A stretch of DNA of 41,588 bases from Paraphysomonas bandaiensis (GCA_965644295.1 CBFFRP010000177.1:1-41588); one strand, 5' to 3'. Numbered from the stretch's first letter, positions 9,738 through 20,526 are shown. The notes: generated by a model from the letters alone, not told the origin. A program made the numbers and translations.

Positions 9738-12700
9738 TGGTAGCGAGCGAGGAGGAGAGAAGGAGGATAGAGGAGTAGTTCCTCAGTTCAACGAGACTAA
9801 CGTTGAACAATGGATTGAGGACTTCGAGACATTCCTTATGAGGAAGGAACAAAGCGAGGTAGCGGTGGAACTGCCACCTAAGGAGAGCGACTTCGGGGAG
9901 CAGCCACTTACGTTGATGGAGGAGAAGGCGTACAGACAGGCTGTGAAGAGGTATTGGAAGGCGAACGCCATAGCTTATTCTTACTGCAGGGATGCGGTGC
10001 AGCATTCCCCGAAAGCGCTGCGTAAATTCCATCTTACCCACAAAGCGTTCAAGGCAGAAGGGAGTGGTGTAAACAGGTTCAAAACACATGTAATGATTGA
10101 TGAGTTGAAGAAGTGTTTTGCTGGAGGGAAGCAAAATAGGATCAGTGACCTCTTAACTCAATATGGTTCTTTCCGTATGCGTCCGGAGGAGACGGCGAAG
10201 GACTACGTACTACGGTTCGAACTACTGCTGAAGGAACTACAGGAGCAGCAGCAGGATATCTCGGAGGTATCAAAAACAAGTCGACTACGAGAAGGCTTGC
10301 TCAATGAAGAGTATGCTCAACTGAGAGTTGGATTATACTTGATGGATGATGATGTTAATTATGTAACTGTATCACGTAAGATAGAAGGCTATGATGATAC
10401 TATGGCTGGGAAGGAAGCGTTGGAGAAGAAGCGTAAAAGAGTGGAGGAGCTGAACCTGATAGACAGTAAGAAACGATATCGCAGAGAGAGGGATCATCGT
10501 AAGAAGAACAACGGTAAGAAGAAGCCGATGAAGAAGGATACAGAGATTACAGGGCAGCGACCTGGAAGTGCCGAATATACTGGGTGCAGAAATTGTAAGT
10601 CAAAGGAACATCTTGCCATCGATTGTCCAGCATCGAAAAAGAAGTACTCGCAAAGCAAGAGCAAGGCTGTGAGGTTTCAAGATGGAAGGAAACCAGACAA
10701 AAGACTACTTACAGTTGAAAACATCAGGCGTGGAGAGCCAGCGGATTTGTCTGACGAAGACGAAGCAAATATGATCGAGCAACAGGAAGAGTATCATTTG
10801 TCATGTAATGTGTATGAGACGAATATATGCAGTAGTGTGCATGAGGATATTCACTATACATACATTGATACCTGTTGTTCGTCATCAATGTTTTTGATAA
10901 ATGATGTGAATATACTTGATAGTCATATGCACACATCAAAGGTTATTAATGGTTCGAAAAAAGGGTCAGAGATATGCGTCACGAGTGTAGGTTCCCGTGG
11001 AGCATGGAAGAACATTGAGGTATCAAGTCAGATAAATCGGTGTCTTTGTTCTGGACGGAAGTTGAACGATATGGGATATCGATTTACTGTATGGTATGGT
11101 ATACAGATATATGACAGAAATACGGATGAGCTGGTGTTGGAGGGACCTATGAAGAATGGAATGACTGCTGTGCCAACACAGCAGTTATTGGAGCTTCCAG
11201 ACGTATCGACATCCAGTGATTCAGAAGTAAATCTCAGTGACCGTACGGGTGAGGATGAACTGGAGCTGTTACATAGGAGAGCGGGTCATTTTAACAAGCA
11301 TGCGTTGGTAGAAGCCCACAAAAGAATGCTAATTATTGGGACTGGACTGAAACGAAAACATCTCTCGAAACGTGTTTCCAAAGAACAGTGTCTATGTGAT
11401 GTATGCGCCAGGGCGAAGATCACCAGAGTAAGTTTTCGGACAAAGGATGAGGACTCCGTTCGTCCAAATTTCTCGGCCGATATAGCAGTATACTTAAATT
11501 GTCCAGCTCGAGGAGGGGAAATATATGTGCTCAAACTAACACACCATGCCAGTCGGATGTTCTGGTCGGAAGGGCTTGTTCATAGGACTGGGTCATCGGT
11601 ACTGCAGGTTTTCAAGAAGATTTTTGAAGGAGATGTGAAAAGGTACAAATTAGAAATGCATCATTACCATGCAGATGGAGCAGGGGAGCTAATATGTGAT
11701 GAGCTGCGACAATATCTTAGGTCACAGGGTTGCTATCAACATACGTGGAGCTCTACGGACTCTCCTGAGATGAACGCGATTGAGGAGCGGAAATTCAGGA
11801 CCTGTGGTGAGATGACATTAGCGATGCTGATTCAGTCAGGATTGCCTTCACAGTTTTGGCTAGATGCCTACATGGCAGCCAGGTACATATTAATTCGATT
11901 GCCTACAAAGACAGCGAAGGGGTATATGTCCCCTCTTGAATTTTTGACTGGTGAGGCTCCCAACCTGAAATATCTCAGAGTATGGGGGTGTCGTGCGTAT
12001 GTCCTCACTACAAAGGCGGATCGACGGAAAGACTGGGACGACAAGGCCCTTATCGGATATCTGATAGGATATTCAGATGAAAAGGTAGGATATGATGTAT
12101 ATCTACCTGCGACTGATAGGGTCGTCACGTCGGTACATGTATTAACTGATGAGTCCATACCGTCACGCTCGGAGAGCTATTTCGCTGAGATAGATGCTCT
12201 TCGAGTGAAGGAGGCCGAGAGACCGAAAATTGTGTCTGACTATGCGGGCTTAGAAGGTACATATCATATTGATGATGAGGATGGTCTTCTCTACAAGACC
12301 ACGAGAGTAGTAGAACGAAAGGGGGTAATAGTAGCCTATCGATCTCTGGTAACTGCAGGTCGGAAGCATATCGAGCACCGGGTGCCGATTCACGTCGAGG
12401 ACGTAGTGCGAATGACTGCAGAAACTCCCGGGAATACCGGATATATAGGAAAGGGGGACGCCCTGAGTACTATGCCAGCCAGGGTGCTGGACCAGGGAAG
12501 ACCTGGAGGGTTACAGGAGAGTCCTGACCCAACCTGTCAGGAGACAGCTGTGAGGTTGCAGACCTCTGAAGACTATGAGTCTGGGGTTGTGAGCGGGGCT
12601 CCTCCCACAACGCACGATGTGCGTGCTCAGGATGAGCAAGGTACGGGTTCTTATATACCTCGTCGACCGATTGAACTAGATGGTGATGGTCGGGTCCGAC

Positions 12701-14433
12701 GCAAACGGCTGCAGCGGAGACTGGCAAACGCGTCAGTTTTAGGAGAGATTAATATGGTTGAAGTACCGGATGCGCATAATATTGATCTTAACCATGCAGA
12801 GACAGAAGATATCAAGATACCAAATTCATATGCCGAGGCAGAGAGATCTCCACAGTATCAACAATGGAGAAAAGCTCGAATGGTGGAGAAGACATCATTG
12901 CTGAAAAGACGTGTCTTGAAGATCGTGAAAATTCCAAGCGGAGTGAAATTAGTTAGAGCGAAATATGTGCATACGGTGAAGCGAGACATACTAGGGAATA
13001 TAGTAAAGTACAAGGCTCGGCTAGTGGCATTAGGAAATCTCCAAGAGAAGAAGGAGGAGGAGCCGTCCACTTTCGCTCCAGTGGTTAAGGGTATAACCAT
13101 TAGACTAGTGTTAGCGATTGCGTTTATGTTACAGATGCATGTGCATCAATTAGATGTATCATCCGCATTTTGCTATGCAGATCTGGAGGATGACGTGTAT
13201 ATGGCACCTCCACCAGATGAGGAATTACTAGCTGGATGGTGTTTTCAACTAATCAAGGCATTGTATGGACTGCGATCTTCACCGCGACAGTGGAATAAAC
13301 ATATTGACAAGTTTATTAAATCATTGCATTTTACTCCGTGTATTTTGGATACGTGTTTGTATATGCGATGGAGTAACGGAAAACTGCATTTATTATTGAT
13401 ATATGTTGATGATATCATAATTGCATCCGCTGATCTGACTTACTTGGAAAGCGTAAAGCGTAGGTTCTGTGAAACATTCGAGATGCATGATCTGGGAGTG
13501 TGTAAGCGATTTCTGAACATCAGGATAACCAGAGGAGAAAATTGGTATATGTTAGATCAATCTGAGTATGCTAAGAATATTATCAAGAAATTCAGCTCAG
13601 TTATGGGAAAGAGTAGTAAGAATAAGGAGGCCCCACTACCTACTAATGTTCAGGATCTGTTGGCAGAGGAACGTGAACTTACGGAGGAGCAGAAGCAGTG
13701 GGTTGACTCATTTCCGTATCGGCAAATTATTGGAGCAGTGTTGTATCTAGCAATGCATACTAGACCTGATCTGGCTTATGCAGTGGGGTTATTGTCTCGA
13801 TTTAGTAGTTGTCCGACATATGCATCGTGCAAACTGGCGATTCACTTATTGAAATATTTGCGTGGAACAATTGATGAGGGCATCAGATTCAGTGGGAGTG
13901 AGTTCGACTTACATGTGTTCAGTGATTCAGATTGGGCTGGTGATAGACTGACTCGGCGATCGACAACAGGATACATTGTGTTCTTATGTGCAGGCGCATT
14001 GGCCTGGCAGTCTAAACTACAGACCACAGTTGCAACTTCGAGCATGGAATCTGAATATATGGCGGAGTATGCGGCTATGCAAGAACTGGTGTGGCTTCGG
14101 GGGGTGTTCAAGGAGCTCGGGCTCTTAGTTGCGAAGCCGACTCCATTCTTTATGGATAGCAAGAGTGCGAAAGATCTCTCCGAGAATCCTGTGTATCATA
14201 AGAGGTCGAAGCATATAGACATCAAGTATCACTGGGTGAGAGAGCATGTAAATGGAAAATTTCCTACGGCAAAGTTGATTCATGTGTCGACGGATGATAT
14301 GGCGGCTGATATTTTCACGAAGGCATTGTCAACGAAACTTTTCAGTCGTCATGAGAAAACTATTACCGGGGTTAAGAGAAGTGTGTCAACCAGAGTTGAG
14401 GAGCAGCAGAAGAAGCGACCCCGAAGAGGTTAA
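9721..14433 (+). CDS. Copia gag-pol polyprotein, 1570 aa
   Basis: Zn knuckle CRNCKSKEHLAIDC, protease-like YIDTCCS, LHRRAGH...CDVC, integrase D/D/E (SADIA, HADGAGE, NAIEERK), RT (HQLDVSSAF, LYGLRSSPRQW, IYVDD) and RNase H FSDSDWAG. Confidence 0.97.
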   Translation: MSISQHGSERGGEKEDRGVVPQFNETNVEQWIEDFETFLMRKEQSEVAVELPPKESDFGEQPLTLMEEKAYRQAVKRYWKANAIAYSYCRDAVQHSPKALRKFHLTHKAFKAEGSGVNRFKTHVMIDELKKCFAGGKQNRISDLLTQYGSFRMRPEETAKDYVLRFELLLKELQEQQQDISEVSKTSRLREGLLNEEYAQLRVGLYLMDDDVNYVTVSRKIEGYDDTMAGKEALEKKRKRVEELNLIDSKKRYRRERDHRKKNNGKKKPMKKDTEITGQRPGSAEYTGCRNCKSKEHLAIDCPASKKKYSQSKSKAVRFQDGRKPDKRLLTVENIRRGEPADLSDEDEANMIEQQEEYHLSCNVYETNICSSVHEDIHYTYIDTCCSSSMFLINDVNILDSHMHTSKVINGSKKGSEICVTSVGSRGAWKNIEVSSQINRCLCSGRKLNDMGYRFTVWYGIQIYDRNTDELVLEGPMKNGMTAVPTQQLLELPDVSTSSDSEVNLSDRTGEDELELLHRRAGHFNKHALVEAHKRMLIIGTGLKRKHLSKRVSKEQCLCDVCARAKITRVSFRTKDEDSVRPNFSADIAVYLNCPARGGEIYVLKLTHHASRMFWSEGLVHRTGSSVLQVFKKIFEGDVKRYKLEMHHYHADGAGELICDELRQYLRSQGCYQHTWSSTDSPEMNAIEERKFRTCGEMTLAMLIQSGLPSQFWLDAYMAARYILIRLPTKTAKGYMSPLEFLTGEAPNLKYLRVWGCRAYVLTTKADRRKDWDDKALIGYLIGYSDEKVGYDVYLPATDRVVTSVHVLTDESIPSRSESYFAEIDALRVKEAERPKIVSDYAGLEGTYHIDDEDGLLYKTTRVVERKGVIVAYRSLVTAGRKHIEHRVPIHVEDVVRMTAETPGNTGYIGKGDALSTMPARVLDQGRPGGLQESPDPTCQETAVRLQTSEDYESGVVSGAPPTTHDVRAQDEQGTGSYIPRRPIELDGDGRVRRKRLQRRLANASVLGEINMVEVPDAHNIDLNHAETEDIKIPNSYAEAERSPQYQQWRKARMVEKTSLLKRRVLKIVKIPSGVKLVRAKYVHTVKRDILGNIVKYKARLVALGNLQEKKEEEPSTFAPVVKGITIRLVLAIAFMLQMHVHQLDVSSAFCYADLEDDVYMAPPPDEELLAGWCFQLIKALYGLRSSPRQWNKHIDKFIKSLHFTPCILDTCLYMRWSNGKLHLLLIYVDDIIIASADLTYLESVKRRFCETFEMHDLGVCKRFLNIRITRGENWYMLDQSEYAKNIIKKFSSVMGKSSKNKEAPLPTNVQDLLAEERELTEEQKQWVDSFPYRQIIGAVLYLAMHTRPDLAYAVGLLSRFSSCPTYASCKLAIHLLKYLRGTIDEGIRFSGSEFDLHVFSDSDWAGDRLTRRSTTGYIVFLCAGALAWQSKLQTTVATSSMESEYMAEYAAMQELVWLRGVFKELGLLVAKPTPFFMDSKSAKDLSENPVYHKRSKHIDIKYHWVREHVNGKFPTAKLIHVSTDDMAADIFTKALSTKLFSRHEKTITGVKRSVSTRVEEQQKKRPRRG
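9738..9749 (+). promoter_or_regulatory. Primer-binding site TGGTAGCGAGCG, probably for initiator tRNA-Met
   Basis: Lies immediately after the LTR CA end. TGGTAGC is the start of known tRNA-iMet PBSs (Ty1 TGGTAGCGCC). The host tRNA sequence is not available for confirmation. Confidence 0.75.
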
Positions 14434-14598
14434 AGGTGTGTTTTAGTGGGTGAGAATCCCACATAACTATATATCTAGTTGACTGCTAGTTATATATGTA
14501 TCTTGATAAGATTTCACATCTATTTTACCTATGAGACTAGTTTATAGCATGAAGATCACTGTACTCATTGTTGTTTTCGTATCACTGCATTCTACATT

Positions 14599-14607
14599 GA
14601 GTGGGAG
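14599..14607 (+). promoter_or_regulatory. Polypurine tract GAGTGGGAG
   Basis: Purine-rich run directly abutting the 3' LTR start. Confidence 0.8.
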
Positions 14608-14900
14608 TATTAGAATATGGACTGTATCCTAGTATATTCAATGTGGTACTTGAAGACAATGTACGAGAATACAGTGAAGTATGGTGATGTGTAGATGCTG
14701 TTATGATATTGAGAAAACTGAAATAGTTTGCTCTTTCAAGATATGTTTAGTAGCGAAAGGTCTACAGAAGTAGTGATTTATGCATGGCACAAAACGAGCT
14801 TGTGTTGTTTAACACAATTTGTGTAAACGATATTAATAAATCTATCTAGTCTAACAACTTAATCTCTCTTTGATCTAAGTAAAATGAGCATTTCCCAACA
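14608..14900 (+). repeat. 3' LTR
   Basis: Identical to the 5' LTR and followed by TSD CATGT. Confidence 0.97.
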
Positions 14901-15095
14901 CATGTAGTATTTTCTGTGCCCACAAAGCATACGTGCAGCAAGAAGTTACACAGCTCATCTAGAAACCTCGGTGCTCATGAGCTAGTAATCATGAGCGATA
15001 TTTAAAAACAAGTGCTAAACAAGAGGGCCCCAAAGATATAACTAAAGCACAGCAGCGATACTTATTAATTACAATAGAACACATATAAAAATCAC

Positions 15096-15599
15096 CTATT
15101 CCTTTTTGTGGAACAACTTCTCCACGGCTTCGTTGCCCTGCTTTTTAACGTTCGCAACAATGTTGTTACTCTCTTTGAATATACTTTCAATTCCATCATG
15201 CAAGTAGGAGGCGGTTTGGTTAGTGAATTGCACAATAGGATTGGGCTCAGCATAACGAGACGCTTGCTTCTCTCTCATCTTTCGAACCAACTCCTGATAT
15301 AAACGTAACTAACATACAAAAATTATTAAAGAAGACGAGTCTCACCATCCCATAATCCTTTGAATCTGCTATTGGAGTGATGTTTCGGAATGGCGGCTGG
15401 TTGTCTTCCATATAGCCATACTGACACAGCTCAGTGCGGTACTTAATATGCCGCATAAATACAACAACACTTGCATTGGAAACAACCAACCCGACAAGAA
15501 AAGGACCGGTAGGCATGATATTGGAAGATAATGATGAGATATGTGTTGTATAATCACTACCTGCAAGTACTGTAAACTCCTGCTTGACTATACCCCTAC
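15096..15599 (-). CDS. 3' exons of a small hypothetical protein gene; 5' exon uncertain (possibly ATG at 16157, beyond the microsatellite)
   Basis: Exon ~15599-15346 (GRGIVKQEF...SKDYGM) joins in frame through a 52-nt GTGAG...CAG intron (15345-15294) to exon 15293-15096 (ELVRKMREK...HKKE*). Confidence 0.65.
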
Positions 15600-15602
15600 C
15601 TG

Positions 15603-15896
15603 CATACATACATACATACATACATACATACATACATACATACATACATACATACATACATACATACATACATACATACATACATACATACATACATACA
15701 TACATACATACATACATACATACATACATACATACATACATACATACATACATACATACATACATACATACATACATACATACATACATACATACATACA
15801 TACATACATACATACATACATACATACATACATACATACATACATACATACATACATACATACATACATACATACATACATACATACATACATACA

Positions 15897-15930
<34 letters not shown>

Positions 15931-16107
15931 CATACATACATACATACATACATACATACATACATACATACATACATACATACATACATACATACATACA
16001 TACATACATACATACATACATACATACATACATACATACATACATACATACATACATACATACATACATACATACATACATACATACATACATACATACA
16101 TACATAC
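15603..16107. repeat. (TACA)n / (TGTA)n microsatellite, ~505 bp
   Basis: Near-perfect tetranucleotide array with one TATA variant at ~15927 and a degenerate TACC/CCTGC tail to ~16133. Confidence 0.99.
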
Positions 16108-16859
16108 CTACCTGCATACCTACCTACACCTACGTACAGAAAAGTGGTAGTTTTCATGTATAAAACAATGATTTTTATTATAAAAGTTTATTCTGTATGA
16201 TTAGGACATCAAGTGCACATCTCTGACATAACATACCATAGATAGCGTATTATCAGACGCTTACATACCTGTAGTGTATAAATGAGCACACGACAGAGTA
16301 GAGCACCTTCTTTCGCCTGACGTCTCGTACGCCTTCTGCCGATAGACTCTGATGTTTTGTAATTAACTGTTGCTACCCTGCAGGGTATACAGTGCACAGA
16401 GGATGGCTGATTGAGAGCAGCTGACTCGCCCTGCATATTGGGTTCACAGGGAAAACTCTATGGAGCTTAGACACTCTTTATAGCGTGAGTTCAGCCGCAT
16501 AATGTATGACTACAGTGGTGTTGTATGAGCCAATTCTCTAACCCTAGAGGATTAATATTGTAGTGGTTTTAGTAGCGAGGAGAGACATACAGCAACAGTG
16601 GCAAAAGCAACATTCAGTGAAGGACATCAAAAGGCAATATGATTATTATATTCAAGAAGGGACAATGATCTAGCTACTGGAATAAATATGGAGAAATATG
16701 TGTAGACATTCATGATACAATGACTTTAAATGGTGTTATGGATTATGGAGTATTATATGAGCAGTTGATTATCAGCAAGTAAAGTATCAGGTCACTCATT
16801 TTGGTTAGGTGTTTATCAAATTCTGAATTAGCATCAAGTGAGATAGCACTTAACAAAGA

Positions 16860-17377
16860 CTACTTGTGCTGTATAAGAAGTTGATCCATTGTTACCTGGT
16901 TTTGTATGCTTTGTAATCCTTCTTTGACGGATGACCTTTTGCAACTTTCTTAAAGTAGCTATCGTATCTGAAGGTTGACCAACTTGTATAGCATAATCAA
17001 TGAGAGTATGCAAAGCATTTTCTGCTTCCTGGGTAATATCTCCGCCTTACGCCAGCATCGACTTAGTGTGTCCCGGCTTGAATATTTTCCGCTCTTCCAC
17101 AAATCAACAATAATATTCATAGCATCTAGTACAGTAGACTTCGTACCATAATTCATACCGCGACAGCCCGCTTTGCGGCGTTTAGCGGCCTCTTGAGTTT
17201 GGATATAAGATATATGTCTCTTCATTATCACACAGAGCCAACAAATTATGGAGTGACTGAACTCTGTACCTGACCTACACCAAAATCCAAAATTCTTTTC
17301 ACTAGAGACTTTTCATTTCCCACATGGTGCTCTTTACGGGTCCGTGACTTCCTTCTTTCTGGCTCACGACGCTTCAT
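16860..17377 (-). mobile_element. Degenerate, internally deleted pogo/Tigger (DDE_1)-type transposase remnant
   Basis: Fragments VRYRVQSLHNLLALCD, AAKRRKAGCRGMNYGTKSTVLDAMNII..LW....RCWRKAEILP and C-terminal LRKLQKVIRQRR..K/QVTMDQ match the pogo/Tigger C-terminal pattern. Frameshifted, with no catalytic core. Confidence 0.6.
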
Positions 17378-17775
17378 TGTTTATAAAATTCTTTTTATAA
17401 CATATATTGCTAACATTGTGTATAGTAATTATCAAAGATACTGGGAATGACTAATGACACTGCGAGTACACAAACCGTTTTTTTTATTATAGATAATATG
17501 GTTCGTGAAAGAAAATAGCGATATATCGAGTGATAGCTGTATAGGAAACCGCGTTATATATCGCGAGTGGCCTGCACATCACATATTTACATACATACTT
17601 TTACAGCGCATTCGCGTTATGTCTACCATAAAAAATCAAGTTTTTGCACCAGTTATTTCGTCAAAATCACAGTTTTTTTGGGAAAACAAGAATGAAAACC
17701 ATGGTTTTATACTGTATAACATAGAATTATTACATTAGATCTTTGTATTGAGAAAACGTGCTGTATTGTTCTTTG

Positions 17776-18282
17776 TCACGACGATTTGTTGCGCTTCTTT
17801 AAGTAACGTTTAGTCACTTCGGAAGCGGTCTTAACAAACTGGTAGTGAATAGCACAAGCATTTTCACAATTACTTTGCATGGTGAATTCATATACAACAC
17901 GCATGGCATCATTGAATTGTTTCAAAGTTATCTTAGATGAAGTGGTACTGTCTACATTCGTGTCAGTTTGATAATCATCATCTACCATAGCTGTTGGTGG
18001 AGAAATAGAAAAAGATTCCAAGTGCTCCACTTCAGGAAATGAACCCTTCCTTTGCTTCTTGCAGCTTGTGCAATTTTCAATCTTTAGTGTGCCGTCATTC
18101 CAGGCTTTAATCCAATTACATAATTCTGAACGGCTGAATATATTCTTCTTGTATGCTACGAATTGGTTGAGGGATTCGAAACGACCCTCTTTATATTCTT
18201 TCACGAAATTATATTTCTGCACATCCGAGAAACTACTCAACGATATCTTGCGCTTGGTACCGATGCTACATTCATCTGACAT
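17776..18282 (-). mobile_element. CENP-B/pogo-type N-terminal HTH ORF (168 aa) lacking the DDE domain
   Basis: KRK..S.S..QKY..VK....SRSELCNWIK....KKQRKGSFPEVE resembles the CENP-B/Tigger HTH and linker, then jumps to a C-terminal-like segment. Confidence 0.5.
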
Positions 18283-18663
18283 CGCTACATACAGCAGACG
18301 AACACATGCAGGTATGTAAGTATATGTTGTGAATGAATGTGTTCATGGGTAGCACATTCACAATAATATCCAAACTAGGGTTTTTTATTTTAAAACTACA
18401 GGTGTATATAAAAGCGTGGATTTTATAAAAGAAAACCCCACATACCAGACTGCATTCGTCCACCATAACGAGAGTAGCTACCATATGGACGAGTCAACAC
18501 ATGTGCACTCTGCTGTATATCCAGCAGAGTACTGCACATACAATCCATCAGACAGCCAGAGTTTTCTCGCTACCATTCCATTGCTTGCATCGGAAGAATA
18601 GCAGCATCACAACAGCACTGCTTGTGTGCCATTAACTTCTAATCGTTGTTAGACTGTGCTAAT

Positions 18664-20526
18664 ATGAACCCTTCTAGTAAGAAAAGGAAGCGGGATGGTG
18701 CGGGTAACACCACACTGACTAAAAGGGATCGTAAGAGGCGTATCAAAGAGTTAGAGAAGCTGTGTGCAGTGACCAATAAGAAGATAGATGAACGGATTCA
18801 TAAGGATAACATCGCATTGTCGCCTATATCTAAGACATTAACTCTAGCTAAAATAGCATACGATGCTGCTAGATCTGGCACTGTAAGTCAGGTAGCTGAT
18901 ATACGCCGAGTCGCTCATCTCATTGTGCCGTCAATCCATATTGATGGCACGAAAGAACATCACGCCACAGCTGATTGTTTACTAAGTGAAGCATCATTAT
19001 ATGCTGAGGCTGCATTTCTGTTTGCATTGTCGGGTATCGGATCTTCAGAGCATGATGTGGGGACTGTTGATGAAGTTCAACGGGATTTATACTGCATACT
19101 GTGTCAGAATTGTACTATACTACTAGAAGCTGCTTGCAGACGTGACATGTGGTCTGTATCCACATTGAAAAGCTTTACGAAAATGGTTGAACAGTTGGCA
19201 GTATCTGGTATTCGAAGTGTCTCTGACTCTAACGGCGGTGGCTTTCACAAAATGGCATTGATGTTATCTGATTATGTAAAGGCTGATAACAATTTACGCG
19301 ATTCAGATGAATGGGAGGCTCTGAGCGAATTCCTTAGTGAAGAATTGTCCTCGAATGATAGCGGCATTGGACACATGGGGTATTGTCTGTACTCACGATG
19401 CAACCGACCCCTTACTGCCTTGTGGAGTCACAGCGCCAAACAAAAGAAAGTTCGTTGTGCAGGTGTCGCTGCAGCCCCTGGAATCAGAATTGCAAAACTC
19501 TCTGTAGATCGGTCAGTAGGCAGAGTAATATGGGCTGGAGACTCCCCTTTGGGATTCACTGACATGAGCAGGCCCCTTGTTATCGATGTTGGATGCGGTT
19601 TCGGAGTTTCTCTGCTTGGTCTAGCCTCCTGTCATAATGAGCCACGTGGGGCTATTTCTAGGAGTTGGAATTATCTAGGCTGTGATCTCAGTGCTCATTG
19701 TATTTCTTATGCCCAAGGTGTTGCTTCGAGGTGGGGATTGTCGTCGACATGCAGATTTTGTGTTGCCCCTGCTGAAGACTTTCTCTTGTGGGTGAAGGAA
19801 CACTACCCTGGTCCTGTGGTTTGGGTGCTGGTTCAGTTTCCAACACCTTATAAGTTAGAGTCGTCTGGTAGTTCGCAGATCAAAAAAGAACTACAGTCTT
19901 TGAAAAGCAAGAATTCCCAACTTCCTGTCTTGTCGCCTTCATCATTACTGGAGTCAACAGATTGCAATGATGATAGTGGTTTTATGGTGACTAATACTTT
20001 TGTGCAATTGGTGCTTGATATTGCTGCGAACAAATGCCCGAAAATATGCTCAGCATGCGCGACGGCTACAACCAAAAATATTAGAATGGCCGTATGTACA
20101 TGTAACGCTGGCATGTGTGGTGTGTATGCCCAGTCAAATGTTGAAGATGTCGCTGTGACAATGAAGAGGAGGTTTGAGGCTAATATGAATGCACATACAC
20201 AGCCCAATGATTCCCTCCCTCTCAAGTTTATTGTGTCAAGTAATGCAATAGCGCAGCATATAGTTAGCGACAATGGTACTTCTCAAATGTCATTTTCGTG
20301 CTCTGGGAAGCCCACGGTTAGTAAAAGACAAGAAGCATGGGAGGCAGCAGGAGGTGAGAGAGCATTGGTGTCAAGTACGACGGGTACTGGTGTAAATATG
20401 AAATGTAATGGGTGGATGGCTACTAGTCCACTCCCGTTTTATGCTCGAACCGAAACTGAAGCAGCATATGCTATGAGTAAAAAGGCTGTCTTCCGAATAG
20501 GGTGGTCTGTATATTGCGCCAATTAA
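18664..20526 (+). CDS. Class I SAM-dependent methyltransferase with TrmB (tRNA m7G46)-like C-terminal domain and long N-terminal extension
   Basis: Intronless ORF with motif I LVIDVGCGFG, NYLGCDLS, VLVQFPTP (cf. FPDP), QSNVEDVA and RTETE. N-terminal KKRKR is a basic NLS-like stretch. First ATG at 18664. Confidence 0.75.
   Translation: MNPSSKKRKRDGAGNTTLTKRDRKRRIKELEKLCAVTNKKIDERIHKDNIALSPISKTLTLAKIAYDAARSGTVSQVADIRRVAHLIVPSIHIDGTKEHHATADCLLSEASLYAEAAFLFALSGIGSSEHDVGTVDEVQRDLYCILCQNCTILLEAACRRDMWSVSTLKSFTKMVEQLAVSGIRSVSDSNGGGFHKMALMLSDYVKADNNLRDSDEWEALSEFLSEELSSNDSGIGHMGYCLYSRCNRPLTALWSHSAKQKKVRCAGVAAAPGIRIAKLSVDRSVGRVIWAGDSPLGFTDMSRPLVIDVGCGFGVSLLGLASCHNEPRGAISRSWNYLGCDLSAHCISYAQGVASRWGLSSTCRFCVAPAEDFLLWVKEHYPGPVVWVLVQFPTPYKLESSGSSQIKKELQSLKSKNSQLPVLSPSSLLESTDCNDDSGFMVTNTFVQLVLDIAANKCPKICSACATATTKNIRMAVCTCNAGMCGVYAQSNVEDVAVTMKRRFEANMNAHTQPNDSLPLKFIVSSNAIAQHIVSDNGTSQMSFSCSGKPTVSKRQEAWEAAGGERALVSSTTGTGVNMKCNGWMATSPLPFYARTETEAAYAMSKKAVFRIGWSVYCAN

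Larger units (their letters stand above)
9445..14900 (+). mobile_element. Full-length Ty1/copia LTR retrotransposon, recently inserted
   Basis: Two identical 293-bp LTRs, a 5-bp TSD CATGT (9440-9444 and 14901-14905), PBS, PPT and an intact gag-PR-IN-RT-RH ORF in copia domain order. Confidence 0.98.

Noticed and set aside
15541-16200. Long ORFs of MYVC/YIHT repeats
   Set aside because: These are translations of a stop-free tetranucleotide microsatellite, not proteins.
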